From Eledone cirrhosa (Eukaryota), in assembly GCA_964016885.1 (NCBI GenBank), contig CAXHJY010000936.1, positions 1 through 43,251 of the forward strand: a stretch of DNA of 43,251 bases, read 5' to 3'. Both the position numbers and the translations under genes were made by a program. The notes under the pieces are model-generated. The model was not told where the DNA came from. It worked only from the letters and a program-made list of their open reading frames with translations, and did no database searches. Below, piece after piece: positions 18,412 through 30,498 of this stretch (the first letter of the stretch is position 1; every line of letters starts with the position of its first letter).

Positions 18412-19555
18412 TTATATGCATTTAAAAAAAGAAAAAGTCGTTTTCAAACGATGGTTACAATATAGAGAACGTTCAATTTTGCTGTTCAAAAGTTTGTTTA
18501 CCGACGTTAAAATGCAGTATATCTCTAAATTGCATAACTTGCAGAATCGATGATTTTGTTGATATGCAGGCGCAGCTGCAATAATTTGCCAATCAAGGGA
18601 GAACGCTTGATTGTTCCTCCGAAGCTGCCAGGCTTTATCAGCGAGGGTTGTTGCGGAGCGCATTTTCTCGTGCCTGATCGAAGATCGATGTTGGTATAGG
18701 CAAGCCTTGAAAGAAGTTGCGGTACATCCGACGTAATACCATTTGTTGGTCCCGGAATTTATTGTACACCGGTAGACAATATTGCATGCTAGGCACTGGT
18801 TATTCAGTGGGCACGTACCTGGTTTGGTGCAGTTACAACTATTTTTATGTTTTGCAGTAGAATCCTGGATAGTTTGGTGGGGTTGTGGTTGCGTGTTAGT
18901 GCGTTGTATGTTGCTATGCTGGTGCGCTGAGTCATTAGGGATGTACTTATTCAGTATTGCTGAGTTGAGTTTTCTAATTAGTTGTTCTATGTTAGGTGCA
19001 GTGGAGTATGAGAGTCTAATGGTGCGCGAGTTAAAGATTTTATAGTATTTATGTGAAGTTGTAAAGTGTTTATTGATTAGTGTATAGAATTGTGAGATAA
19101 TCTTAGTGCTAATAGAAGAATTGTACACGGGGTTATACCATATGTACTCTCTACGTCTGACTATTTGCTGGTTTGCACCTGTTAGTATGCCTATTGATGT
19201 GTGTGTGTGGTGCAATACTAGTTCGACTTAGATGTGTTTTATTCATAGTACTTATGTGGTTATCGTCTAGATATTCAATTTTCTCGCAGTAACCAGCTTT
19301 TCTAAGTGCGTCATTATAATATTCAGCATGCTCGTTGAAGGTCTGCAAATTAGACGACAGTCGGGAGATCCTTATGGATATATTTTTAGGGATAGATTTA
19401 ATAATGGAATGAGGATGGTTCGATTTTACATTAACGTACTTAAGATTTTCATTAAGTTTGTGAAATGGCTCTATATTACCGTTATTAAGGTTGAAGGTGA
19501 AATCCAAGAAGTTAACCACCTTTAGATTGTGTTCAAAGGTAATATTAAGCCCTAG
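18412..19555 (-). pseudogene. PLE RT-thumb plus GIY-YIG endonuclease ORF, frameshifted near 19150-19215
   Basis: ORFs 19151..19519 and 18412..19215 overlap in different frames and carry consecutive PLE motifs. Confidence 0.88.
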
Positions 19556-19561
19556 TTATAG

Positions 19562-19592
<31 letters not shown>

Positions 19593-19793
19593 TATACATG
19601 TATATATATATATATATATACATGTATATATATATATATATATACATATATATATACATATACATGTATATATATATATATATACATATACATGTATATA
19701 TATATATATATACATATATATACATATACATGTATATATATATATATATATACATGTATATATATATATACATATATATATATATACATATAC

Positions 19794-19846
<53 letters not shown>

Positions 19847-19926
19847 CACACACATTATATATATATATACACATATATATATATATACACATATATATAT
19901 ATATACACATATATATATATATACAC

Positions 19927-19977
<51 letters not shown>

Positions 19978-19984
19978 CACACAC

Positions 19985-20021
<37 letters not shown>

Positions 20022-20053
20022 CACATATATATATATATGTATATATATATATA
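19562..20053. repeat. (TA)n/(CA)n microsatellite between PLE1 and PLE2
   Basis: Direct inspection. Confidence 0.95.
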
Positions 20054-20054
20054 T

Positions 20055-20990
20055 TTCACAATTTACAAAATTTCTGTAACAACACTCGCAGTTACGTAAC
20101 AACACTCGCAGACAAGGCTTGGCAGCTGCGCGAAAATAACCAACAATTTAACCTAAAATGGGATATAATAGCAGCTGCCCCTGCATCTACTAAGGACAGG
20201 AATTTTGTAAATTGTGTAATATCAAATTATTTTGTATTATGAAATCAAAAAAATATTTTATTTAATAACAGAATAGAGCGATCGTTATGCTGTAACCATC
20301 GCTTGAAATCTACATTTTCATATTATAAACGCTACCAGGATTGAACGCCTGTCTCCATCTCTGTTTGATTGTCAAAATACATATTAACATTCTCTATTAG
20401 TCTTAATTCTATCAACTCTTCTATTCTTTACCATTTAATATAAACTGCTATAGATAAAATGAGATTTCTTAATTCAATTCCCTAATGCATATACCAACAG
20501 GCTACCAGCATTGTTGTTATACAGTAGCAGTGAAAACCTACCTCTTCCTTAATTGACACGTTATATCTATTAATACTACTACACCAAACGACCAGCCCTG
20601 TCCATTGTTCAATTGGTCAAGTATAGATTAAAATAGGCACTCCCAAAAATTCTTACTTAGATAAAATAAGCCATATAGTCATTGTATTCTCATTAGAAAT
20701 CTTCTATATACTTGTTTACCAGTAAATTGAATTGCCATCTGTCATATACTATCCCCTCTCTTCTTCCTTTCTTACAACTAATATAAATACTTCAATTTTT
20801 CTGATGTTTTCCAATTTATCAAATATCTCTGAAGAAGTGACAACTGATTATACATTTGATATCGAATACTTGCTAACATTATATGATTACGCAAGCAGCG
20901 ATACATAGGTATTCCGTCTGTTAGAGAAACATATGTCAATACCTAATAAATTCCTTTATAAAAGCACTTTCATTTTATATTCATCTTTTC
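20055..20990 (+). mobile_element. Penelope-like element 2 (3' fragment: GIY-YIG C-terminus, UTR, hammerhead)
   Basis: [29 protein letters not shown], then in shifted frames FCKLCN and IERSLCCNHRLKSTFSYYK; clearly homologous to the PLE1 C-terminus. Confidence 0.88.
20824..20941 (+). ncRNA. type-I hammerhead with large branched stem II (PLE2 3' end), imperfect
   Basis: CTGAAGA 20829-35; TGACA/TGTTA; inner GAATAC/GTATTC and CTTGC/GCAAG; GAAA 20926-29; palindromic ACATATGT; GTC 20935-37; AATAAA 20945-50; stem I bulged. Confidence 0.65.
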
Positions 20991-21005
20991 TATATATATA
21001 CATAT

Positions 21006-21044
<39 letters not shown>

Positions 21045-21303
21045 CATACATACATATATACATATACATATATACATACATACATACATACATATATACA
21101 TATACATATATACATATATATATACATATATATATACATATATATATATACATATATATATATACATATATATATACATATATATATATACATATATATA
21201 TATACATATATATATATACATATATATATATACATATATATATATACATATATATATATACATATATATATATACATATATATATATACATATATATATA
21301 TAC

Positions 21304-21350
<47 letters not shown>

Positions 21351-22025
21351 CATATATATATATACATATATATATATACATATATATATATACATATATA
21401 TATATACATATATATATATACATATATATATATACATATATATATATACATATATATATATACATATATATATATACATATATATATATACATATATATA
21501 CATACATATACATATATACATATATATATATACATATATATATATACATATATATATATACATATATATACATACATATACATATATACATATATATACA
21601 TACATATATACATATATATACATATATATACATACATATATACATATATATACATACATATATACATACATATATACATATATATACATACATATATACA
21701 TATACATACATATATATATATATACATATACATACATATATATATATACATATACATACATATATATATATACATATATATATATACATACATATACATA
21801 CATATATATACATATACATATACATACATATATATATATACATATATATATATACATACATATATATATATACATATATATACATATATATATATACATA
21901 TATATATATACATATATATACATACATATATATATATACATATATATATATACATATATATACATACATATATATATATACATATACATACATACATATA
22001 TATACATACATACATATATATATAC

Positions 22026-22056
<31 letters not shown>

Positions 22057-22401
22057 CATATATATATACATATATATACATACATATATATATATATACA
22101 TATATATATATACATATATATACATACATACATATATATACATACATACATACATATATATATACATATATATACATACATATATATATATATACACATA
22201 TATATACATACATATATATATATATACATATATATATACATACATATATATATATATACATATATATATACATATATATACATACATATATATATATATA
22301 CACATATATATACATATATATACATACATATATATATATATACACATATATATACATATATATACATACATATATATATATATACACATATATATACATA
22401 C

Positions 22402-22464
<63 letters not shown>

Positions 22465-22471
22465 CATATAC

Positions 22472-22518
<47 letters not shown>

Positions 22519-22950
22519 CATATATATATACATATATATATATAGATATATATATATACATATATATACATATATATATACATATATATATATACATATA
22601 TATACATATATATATATACATACATACATATATATATACATATATATACATACATACATATATATATACATATATATATACATACATATATACATACATA
22701 TATACATACATATATATATATACATACATACATATATATATATACATATATATATATACATACATATATATATATACATACATATATATATATACATACA
22801 TATATATATATACATACATATATATATATACATACATATATATATATACATACATATATATATATACATACATATATATATATACATACATATATATATA
22901 CATACATATATACATACATATATACATACATACATACATATATATATACA
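20991..22950. repeat. (TA)n/(TACA)n microsatellite block
   Basis: Direct inspection. Confidence 0.97.
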
Positions 22951-23481
22951 TGGTGGCTGCCAACTCGTTTTCGAGTACGGCCACTACTTTATATCCATGT
23001 AGGAGAACCCCTACCGATGCGCTGAACGAGTGTGACTTTTTAGTCCAGCCAACGACTTGGTACAAACACTACACTTGTGACAATTATTGACACATAGTGC
23101 TGGGCCCATGGTACCATGTGACGACAAGTGCAGAGAGATCTCCAGATATAAAGCAATGCCTATGCCGTGAAGCTTTTATAGTGAGCAAAGGCACTGCACA
23201 AAGCCAGTCCCACTCTCTTAACCAAGATGATATTTACCAAAAAGAAGAACAAGTCAACATCATTGGATATCATCAGGGTTGCAGGTGTTATATCAGAGTT
23301 TTCCTTCTCCTAGAATTCTGCCTTGACAAAGGCTAAGGGGTCATCTCTCCCGGTGATTTTGGATGGTCATTGACTCTTACGAGCTCCTTTGCCCTTTGAC
23401 AGGTTTTGTTTTTAGTCCTGCAGGATGTCCAAAGTCACCCTCCTCACCAAGAAACCTTGGTGGGGTTGCCAGTTTAGTTGT
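22951..23481. mobile_element. unclassified interspersed-repeat fragment
   Basis: GC-richer island between microsatellites; GAGTTTTCCTTCTCCTAG and CCCTCCTCACCAAG...TGGTGGGG resemble, from memory, an octopus retroposon; no ORF with motifs. Confidence 0.3.
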
Positions 23482-23537
23482 TATATATATATATATACAT
23501 ACATACATATATACATACATATATATATACATACATA

Positions 23538-23583
<46 letters not shown>

Positions 23584-24111
23584 CATATATATACATACAT
23601 ACATATATACATACATATATATACATACATACATATATACATACATATATACATATATACATACATATATACATACATATATACATACATATATACATAC
23701 ATATATACATACATATATATATACATACATACATATATACATACATATATACATACATATATACATACATATATACATACATATATATATACATACATAT
23801 ATATATATACATACATATATACATACATATATACATACATATATACATACATACATACATATATACATACATATATATATACATACATATATACATACAT
23901 ATATACATACATATATACATACATATATATATACATACATATATATATACATACATATATACATACATATATACATACATATATACATACATATATACAT
24001 ACATATATACATACATACATACATATATACATACATATATATATATACATACATATATATACACATATACATACATATATATACACATATACATACATAC
24101 ATATATATATA
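23482..24111. repeat. (TACA/TA)n microsatellite block
   Basis: Direct inspection. Confidence 0.96.
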
Positions 24112-24200
24112 TCAAAGAAATTGGACCATAACGCACCAGAGTACTCGGATCTAGCTGTCGAGACGGCCGGAGCTCAGCCGTCGGGGTCCCAACTAACTTT

Positions 24201-24205
<5 letters not shown>
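24112..24205. mobile_element. mini-insertion: inverted tail plus degenerate HHR 3' half (family of 24712 and 35820)
   Basis: TGGACCATAACGCACCAGAGTACTC is the reverse complement of the tail at about 24847-24872; GAGACGGCCGGAGCTCAGCCGTCGGGGTC matches 24780-24808. Confidence 0.65.
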
Positions 24206-24296
<91 letters not shown>

Positions 24297-24711
24297 CTGT
24301 GTATAGTCTGGGCTACTTCTTCCGATATCACTTCGTAAGAAGGATAAGAATGGAGAGAGAGGTGCTTGGCCACTGCGAGTTTTATGAAAGGTGGGTGATA
24401 GTGGCGAGAATGGCTCGTGTAAATGGGCCTTCTCTGTATACCATCCTGTAGGCAAAGAAGTGAAGGAGATGGGAGCACCTTCTCCATGTGCTCCCCGGGC
24501 AAAGGATTGCACAGTTTTTCGGGGGTGTGTGCAACCCCCATCACATCCCCTCCCTTTTGAGGTTGTTTTCGATTATTTTCATTTTATACCCTTTTTACTC
24601 GATTGTATGTAAACTCCCCCTTTGTATTTGTCCCTTCTTTTTATGCCTTTATGGTAAACAAAGAAATATATCTAACTATATCTATCTAGATCTATCTATC
24701 TATATATATAT

Positions 24712-24899
24712 ATAGGAACCAGTAAGACCCAGACAGCTGAGCTCAAGCCGTTTCGACGGCTAATTTGAAATTAGCCGTCGAAACGGCTTGAGCTCAGCTG
24801 TCGGGGTCTTACTGGTTCCTATTACCCACTCTACTACCTCAAGTATTGAGTACTTTGGTGCGTTATGGTCCACCTGGTTCCTTCCCACATTTCCTTCGT

Positions 24900-24900
<1 letters not shown>
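24712..24900 (+). mobile_element. fold-back mini-element with hammerhead 3' half
   Basis: Near-perfect inverted repeat 24712-24822 centred on AATTTGAAATT; arm reads GAAA-CGGCTTGAGCTCAGCT-GTC-GGGGTC; unique tail to 24900; (TA)n flanks. Confidence 0.75.
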
Positions 24901-24935
<35 letters not shown>

Positions 24936-25543
24936 TTTTTTCTAACCGCCGAAATACGATTCTCGCTGAATTTATATATATATAAATATATATAATCATG
25001 ATCTTACATACAATGAAATTAGCATATTGACACTACAGAACTTGAACAATTTAGTTATTGTACAATGTTGTATAATGTGATGGTACAAACAAAATGATGG
25101 CTGACAGAAACAACTACGACCTTAGGTCTTTACGATTAAACCGTACATCATGGCGGAAAACAATGACGGATATATAACTTAATCAAACAGATATTCAACA
25201 ATTTGAACATTGTATATTAATAATCTGTTGATAAATTCAAAGAGATTTGCGAAGTTATAAGAGATCAATTATTCAAAGAGATTTTATACTGGACTTGATG
25301 TTTTGATACTGTGAAATGTTTATGTGCGGCTGCTTAAGCTAAGGATATTCTACAGCCATAATATAACGTTAGAGATCTATGGTGGTATCATAGTAACCTA
25401 CCACTATTTATCTTGAATATCTGTGAAGTAGTAAAAGGTCTTTGAAGATCAACAACAGTTGTTGTTGAAGCCAGTTTAAAGCTGAACAAATAAATTACTT
25501 TTTGTTTCAACTGAAACATCCCCTTTAACTAATCACTGGTGTT

Positions 25544-25597
<54 letters not shown>

Positions 25598-25703
25598 GAG
25601 AGAGAGAGAGAGTAGATAGATATAGATAGAGATATACATACAAACAGATAAATACATATATAGTTACAGTTATATATATCTACACATATATATATTTGTA
25701 TGC

Positions 25704-25759
<56 letters not shown>

Positions 25760-25803
25760 CACACTCGTATATATACTCATGTATATATACGGGTGTATGT
25801 GCG

Positions 25804-26126
25804 TGTTTATTCATTTATTTATGTGACAACTAAATAAACACATAAATAAATAAAACAAACACCCAGATGTAACGCATGCGCAAACTATGCACACAACACA
25901 CAAAACACAATAAAGATGGTGTAGGAGAGAACAAAGGAGAGACACACAAAATAAAAACCTAGTCACTGAGGAGGTCACATAATGTGTGACAAAAGAGCTT
26001 TGACAATATATTAACAACCTTCCGGTTATCAAACCAACTACCAGCCGGAAACTTATAATAAATTGAAGTGAAAACCAACAGGTGCGTGTGTTTTTATTGG
26101 CAGCATGACCCTCCCAAAGTATAACA
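25804..26126 (-). mobile_element. possible solo LTR
   Basis: TGTTTAT...ATAACA termini and AATAAA motifs on minus; no target-site duplication identified. Confidence 0.25.
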
Positions 26127-26142
26127 ATATATATATAGAGGG

Positions 26143-26308
26143 ATATTTCCCGGCGTCAAACACGCTACCTTTTTCCTAAAATAAGTGTCAAAAATCTACC
26201 ATGCGTCCTGGGGGCCGAAGGTTATTTATTATTCTTTTCAAACTTTTAGTTGTGAAAATTAGGGTGCGTCTTCGAGGACGAAGCGTTTTCGGCGCCGGGA
26301 AATATGGT
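26143..26308. mobile_element. Tc1/pogo(Tigger)-type MITE
   Basis: Terminal inverted repeat ATATTTCCCGGCG / CGCCGGGAAATAT(GGT) with internal repeated TGCGTC motifs. Confidence 0.7.
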
Positions 26309-26315
26309 GTGTGTA

Positions 26316-26360
<45 letters not shown>

Positions 26361-26361
<1 letters not shown>

Positions 26362-26519
26362 CAACAGTGACAAACAGGACTCAAGTTTCGTTCGGTTCTG
26401 GGCCCCAACTCCTTTAGCCGGTCATGTTTTTTTATTCATTTATCTCATAACAGGCAGGCAGAAGGAATTGTGGCCCAGAACCGAAAAAAAACTTGAGTAA
26501 CTGTTTATTTCACTGTTGT
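26361..26519. repeat. imperfect ~160-bp inverted repeat
   Basis: ACAACAGTGA..AAACAG..ACTCAAGTTT..TTCGGTTCTGGGCC mirrored by GGCCCAGAACCGAA..AAACTTGAGT..CTGTTT..TCACTGTTGT. Confidence 0.85.
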
Positions 26520-26520
26520 T

Positions 26521-26595
26521 TAAGTTAAGTGGAAATATCCAAGAGTAAGAGGAAATATCCAAGAGTAAGTTAAGTGGAAATATCCAAGAGTAAGA
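26521..26595. repeat. three copies of GGAAATATCCAAGAGTAAG
   Basis: Exact 19-mer at 26531, 26551, 26576. Confidence 0.9.
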
Positions 26596-26745
26596 GCACT
26601 CAGTCCATTTTTTATTTCAGTATATATATATATATATCCAGGGAGTGTTACCTGAAGTTACTGTAGGTTCACCCGGGTGAGCAATCGATCTTTAGGTTCA
26701 CTTCTGTGTCGAGGTGTAGAGCTAGTCAGAGTGTAGTATAATAAA

Positions 26746-27007
26746 ATAAAACAAGGACAAGTGGTTACTCCCTCAGTACGTTTATTGGTTGGTGACGCGC
26801 GTTTCGCCACCGATCAGCTCAAGGTTCGATCTGTATCGATCTAACCCGACTCTGTAATCCACGGCTCGTAATAAAAGGGTCTGACGAGCCGTGGATTACG
26901 TAGTCGAGCTAGATCGATACAGATCGAAACTTGAGCTGATCGGTGGCGAAACGCGCGTCACCAACCAATAAACATAATGAAGGAGTAACCAATCGTCCTT
27001 GTTTTAT
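26746..27007. repeat. ~260-bp fold-back palindrome centred on a hammerhead core
   Basis: Arms 26746-26869 and 26884-27007 are reverse complements with few mismatches; 14-nt spacer AATAAAAGGGTCTG. Confidence 0.93.
26878..26962 (+). ncRNA. type-I hammerhead ribozyme with canonical core and enlarged stem II
   Basis: GGT-CTGACGA-GCCG...TGGC-GAAA-C-GCGC-GTC-ACC; G10.1-C11.1 present; palindromic ACGCGCGT; AATAAA at 26967-72. Confidence 0.85.
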
Positions 27008-27097
27008 CCCGTCGAGGTTAACTTTGCCTTTCATCCTTACGAGGTTAATAAAATAAAGTACCAGTAATGTACTGGGTAATTGCTGGCCTTGTGCCAA
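27008..27097 (+). mobile_element. 3' half of tRNA-derived SINE
   Basis: GAGGTTAACTTTGCCTTTCATCC...AGTACCAGT...GCTGGCCTTGTGCC, reverse complement of the 3016 and 33241 copies. Confidence 0.85.
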
Positions 27098-27112
27098 AAG
27101 TTTAAAAAATTA

Positions 27113-27835
27113 TCTACATATCTAAAATACAGAATATCTGTCTGTGTCTGTCTGACTCCTTAAAACTCGAGAACCACCCAACCGATTGTTTTCAAACTTT
27201 ACATATGTAATACGTATGGTCCTGTGAGTGTTTTGAGAAAAGAAAATTAAAATTGTCAATGCCCTAGGGACCGCTTTAGGCGATTTAGCGATCTCTCCCT
27301 ATAATTCTTAGTATTTTTTTTTTTTTAGATAGATACATAGATATAACGTTGCGCCCTTATAATATCTGTCTGTATGTCTGGCTGTCTGCATTACGACATC
27401 ATGACGCCGTGTGCGCGTGTGTGTATATATATATAGTGTGCAACGTTTTTTCGAAATATTTACTTCTGCGTTCACAGATTGATTTTTTTAGTTTCAGAAG
27501 ATCCCATTAATGGTGAAAGTAGCGATTCTCTGCTTAAACTTTAATCTGTTATTTTAATATATATATAAGTATATATTATTCAAAATATTAATAAATGAAT
27601 ACGTTCACATAATCAAAATATATGTTTTATTATATATATTTCGGAGGTACTGTGCTGTTTTTTCAGTACGCCCTCCGAAATATATATAATAAAATATATT
27701 TTGATTATGTGAACGTATTCATTTATTAATATTTCGAATAATATTACGAACTCCAGAAAACTTCTTTGTAGAGTGCCTTTATTCTATTGTAAAACTATAT
27801 TCATTGAGTAATCAATGAGTCATATTAATCTTTGG

Positions 27836-27888
<53 letters not shown>

Positions 27889-28204
27889 TAACAGATTAAA
27901 GTTTCAGGTGAGAATCGCTAATTATATATATATATAATTATATATTCGTGTACAGATATTTTTGCATACACAATAACAAAATATAAACAAACGTATTTAA
28001 TTCGCGATAAAGTATTGATTTTCTTCGCTTCTTCGCACGGAAAAAAACCCTGGTAATCTACGACGAATTTTTTTTATAAGCACAAAATATAGACACCATC
28101 CCGAGGCCGAGTTATTCCGTACTTCTCTGTACTGTTTCAGAAAGGAGGGCTAAACATGCCAATCTATGTTTAGAATCCCGAGTAACGCCGGGCCATTCTG
28201 CTAG
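27113..28204 (+). mobile_element. non-autonomous Helitron
   Basis: 5' A|TCTACATATCTAAAA with (CTGT)n and AACTCGAGAACC..AACCGAT; 3' hairpin CCCG-AGTAACGC-CGGG (28177-92) then CTAG|T at 28201-04; inserted between A and T with no TSD. Confidence 0.75.
27520..27920. repeat. nested inverted repeats inside the Helitron
   Basis: Outer arms TAGCGATTCTC..AAACTTTAATCTGTTATTTTAATATA (27520-27565) and its reverse complement (27880-27920); inner palindrome 27574-27743 containing CCGAAATATATATAATAAAATA. Confidence 0.85.
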
Positions 28205-28273
28205 TATATATATTTAAGTTTATCCCGGGTTCAATCGGGGGTAACCACAGTAAGTAAGGTACTTAATACAAAG

Positions 28274-28324
28274 GGCTTCCTGATGATTTCTCCCAAATGA
28301 AAAAGTTCTAGTCTTGTAGAAGCC
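28274..28324 (+). ncRNA. type-I hammerhead (GUA site), partly decayed
   Basis: GGCTTC-CTGATGA-TTTCTCCCAAAT-GAAA-AAG-TTCTAGTC-TTGTA-GAAGCC; stem I 6 bp perfect; stems II and III mutated relative to the 35664 copy. Confidence 0.6.
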
Positions 28325-28333
28325 TTTCTATAT

Positions 28334-28389
<56 letters not shown>

Positions 28390-28537
28390 TATTAAGTTGT
28401 TAAACAATATTCGATGATTATGTCAAAGAATGAGTTTTACAGTAGATTGGAAGCACTCAACGAGAAAATAATTTTCAAGAGTTATTAATATTAAAATATA
28501 AGTATTAATAAAATAGATGTTCTTTTGATCAATTACA

Positions 28538-28588
28538 TTTTATTATACATATTTCGGATGTACAACAGTACGTCCTCATCAGACAAAA
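28538..28588 (-). ncRNA. minimal type-I hammerhead ribozyme
   Basis: Minus: TTTTGT-CTGATGA-GGACGTAC-TGTT-GTACATCC-GAAA-T-ATGT-ATA-ATAAAA; all three stems pair (one C-A mismatch in stem II); AUA site. Confidence 0.8.
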
Positions 28589-29189
28589 TATAATGATACA
28601 TGACATACCCTGAGATGTTAAATGGTTAATTTAATCAAGGTAGTATATATAAATATATAATTTTGATCGTATTTGTAAGAGAGTATTTGTGTATGTTACG
28701 TAGAACAAATGCGGAAGAAGTTACATATTTTTGTCGATGAGGCGAAGTAGAAGGATTGAAAAATATTTCAAGAATCTACGATTATTCTAAGACTTAAGCT
28801 GGTGAATTCGCTAAAAGAGTAAAGCTGGAATATTTTGGCAAATCGCTATATATCTTGTATTTAGGCAGGATTTCATAAACAGGATTTATAGGGAAAGCCG
28901 CTTAAAATTGGAATATTCATTATTAACGTACAACTCGGATTGGCATTCTGCCTGCTTGCTTAAATGGCTAACACTCTCTCTCTTCCTCTCCTCCCCCCCC
29001 CTATCTCTCTCTATATATATGTATATATACACACATATATACCTATCTATGTATCTATCTATCTTATATATATCTCTCTCTCTATCTACCCAACCATCTA
29101 TCTATCTATCTATCTATCTATGTGTGTCTGTTTGTCTCTTTGCATATGTATGTATATACGCATAAGGAAGAGAGAAGAAAGGGAGATAT

Positions 29190-29224
29190 AACGATTTATA
29201 TATATACACACACATATATATATT

Positions 29225-29267
<43 letters not shown>

Positions 29268-29309
29268 ATAAATATATAAATATATATATATATAATATAT
29301 ATATGAATA

Positions 29310-29363
<54 letters not shown>

Positions 29364-29654
29364 CATATATATAGATAGATAGATATATATAAACATAAAT
29401 ATATAAATATATATATATAATATATATATGAATAGCCATATATATATATATGTATATAGATATATACATATATATATAGATAGCCATGTATATATAAACC
29501 CCGCCACACATACACACATATATATATATATATATATAAATATATATATATTTATATATATATTTATATATACATATATATACACACACACTAACACACA
29601 CACATATTTATGAGTATATATATATATATACAATACATACATGCCTACATACAT

Positions 29655-29712
<58 letters not shown>

Positions 29713-29765
29713 GTGTGTATGTATGTATGTAGGTAGGTATGTATGTATGTATTATATATATATAC
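29190..29765. repeat. (TA)n-rich low-complexity block with short internal duplication
   Basis: AAACATAAATATATAAATAT...GAATAGCCATA occurs at about 29263 and 29391. Confidence 0.85.
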
Positions 29766-30157
29766 CTATATCCTGTCTCTCTATGCTGGAGTCTCTTACA
29801 CATGTCATATTCTTACATCCAGTGAGTTTGCTACTGACGGCGACTGTGTAGTTTAAAAGATTATTGACTCCGTCTGTCAGTTTCTAAAGAAACTTTGTAT
29901 TCAATACATGACAGTTCTAATCTAGGGAAACCTTCTCTCCACAACTTCTACCATTTTATGTCATTTACCGCTCCTTTTAATCTAAAAGACATCCATTGCA
30001 TTATGTGTGTATGTGTGCAGTGTTTGTTTGTGAATATGGCTGCGTCTTTTACCATAACATAGCCTACTCAAACACTGAGATATTAACGTAATATAGACAT
30101 GGGAACGTAGATTCATAAATTCTTCCAAACTATACCACATCCCAGTGATAGAATTGC

Positions 30158-30174
30158 ATATATATATCTACATA

Positions 30175-30233
<59 letters not shown>

Positions 30234-30304
30234 ATATATATATGTATGTATATATATATATATATGTGTATATATATATGTATGTATATATATATATATG
30301 TATG

Positions 30305-30335
<31 letters not shown>

Positions 30336-30422
30336 GTATGTATATATATATATATGTATGTATATATATATGTATGTATATATATATATATGTATGTATA
30401 TATATATATGTATATATATATA

Positions 30423-30498
<76 letters not shown>

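Larger units (their letters stand above)
17840..19558 (-). mobile_element. Penelope-like element 1 (5'-truncated): RT thumb, GIY-YIG, 3' UTR/pLTR with hammerhead
   Basis: FLDFTFNL...YVNVKSNHP (PLE RT C-terminus), IWYNPVY, CNC-x5-CPL-x3-C, IVYRC...YYVGCT..SFK...QH, CKLC; (TA)n on both flanks. Confidence 0.9.

Noticed and set aside
18412-19215. Selenocysteine recoding in the PLE ORF
   Set aside because: No in-frame TGA at conserved Cys positions in the fragments and no SECIS identified by eye
25436-25495. TTGAAGA-hairpin-GAAG-palindrome resembling a decayed hammerhead
   Set aside because: C3, A15.1 and the NUH triplet are all missing; too many changes to support
28590-28970. Possible GIY-YIG C-terminal remnant upstream of the 28538 HHR
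   Set aside because: Only vague similarity with multiple stops; needs tBLASTn or HMM support
29815-29905. Hairpin ACTGAC/GTCAGT followed by GAAACTTTGTA
   Set aside because: No CTGANGA core or stem I
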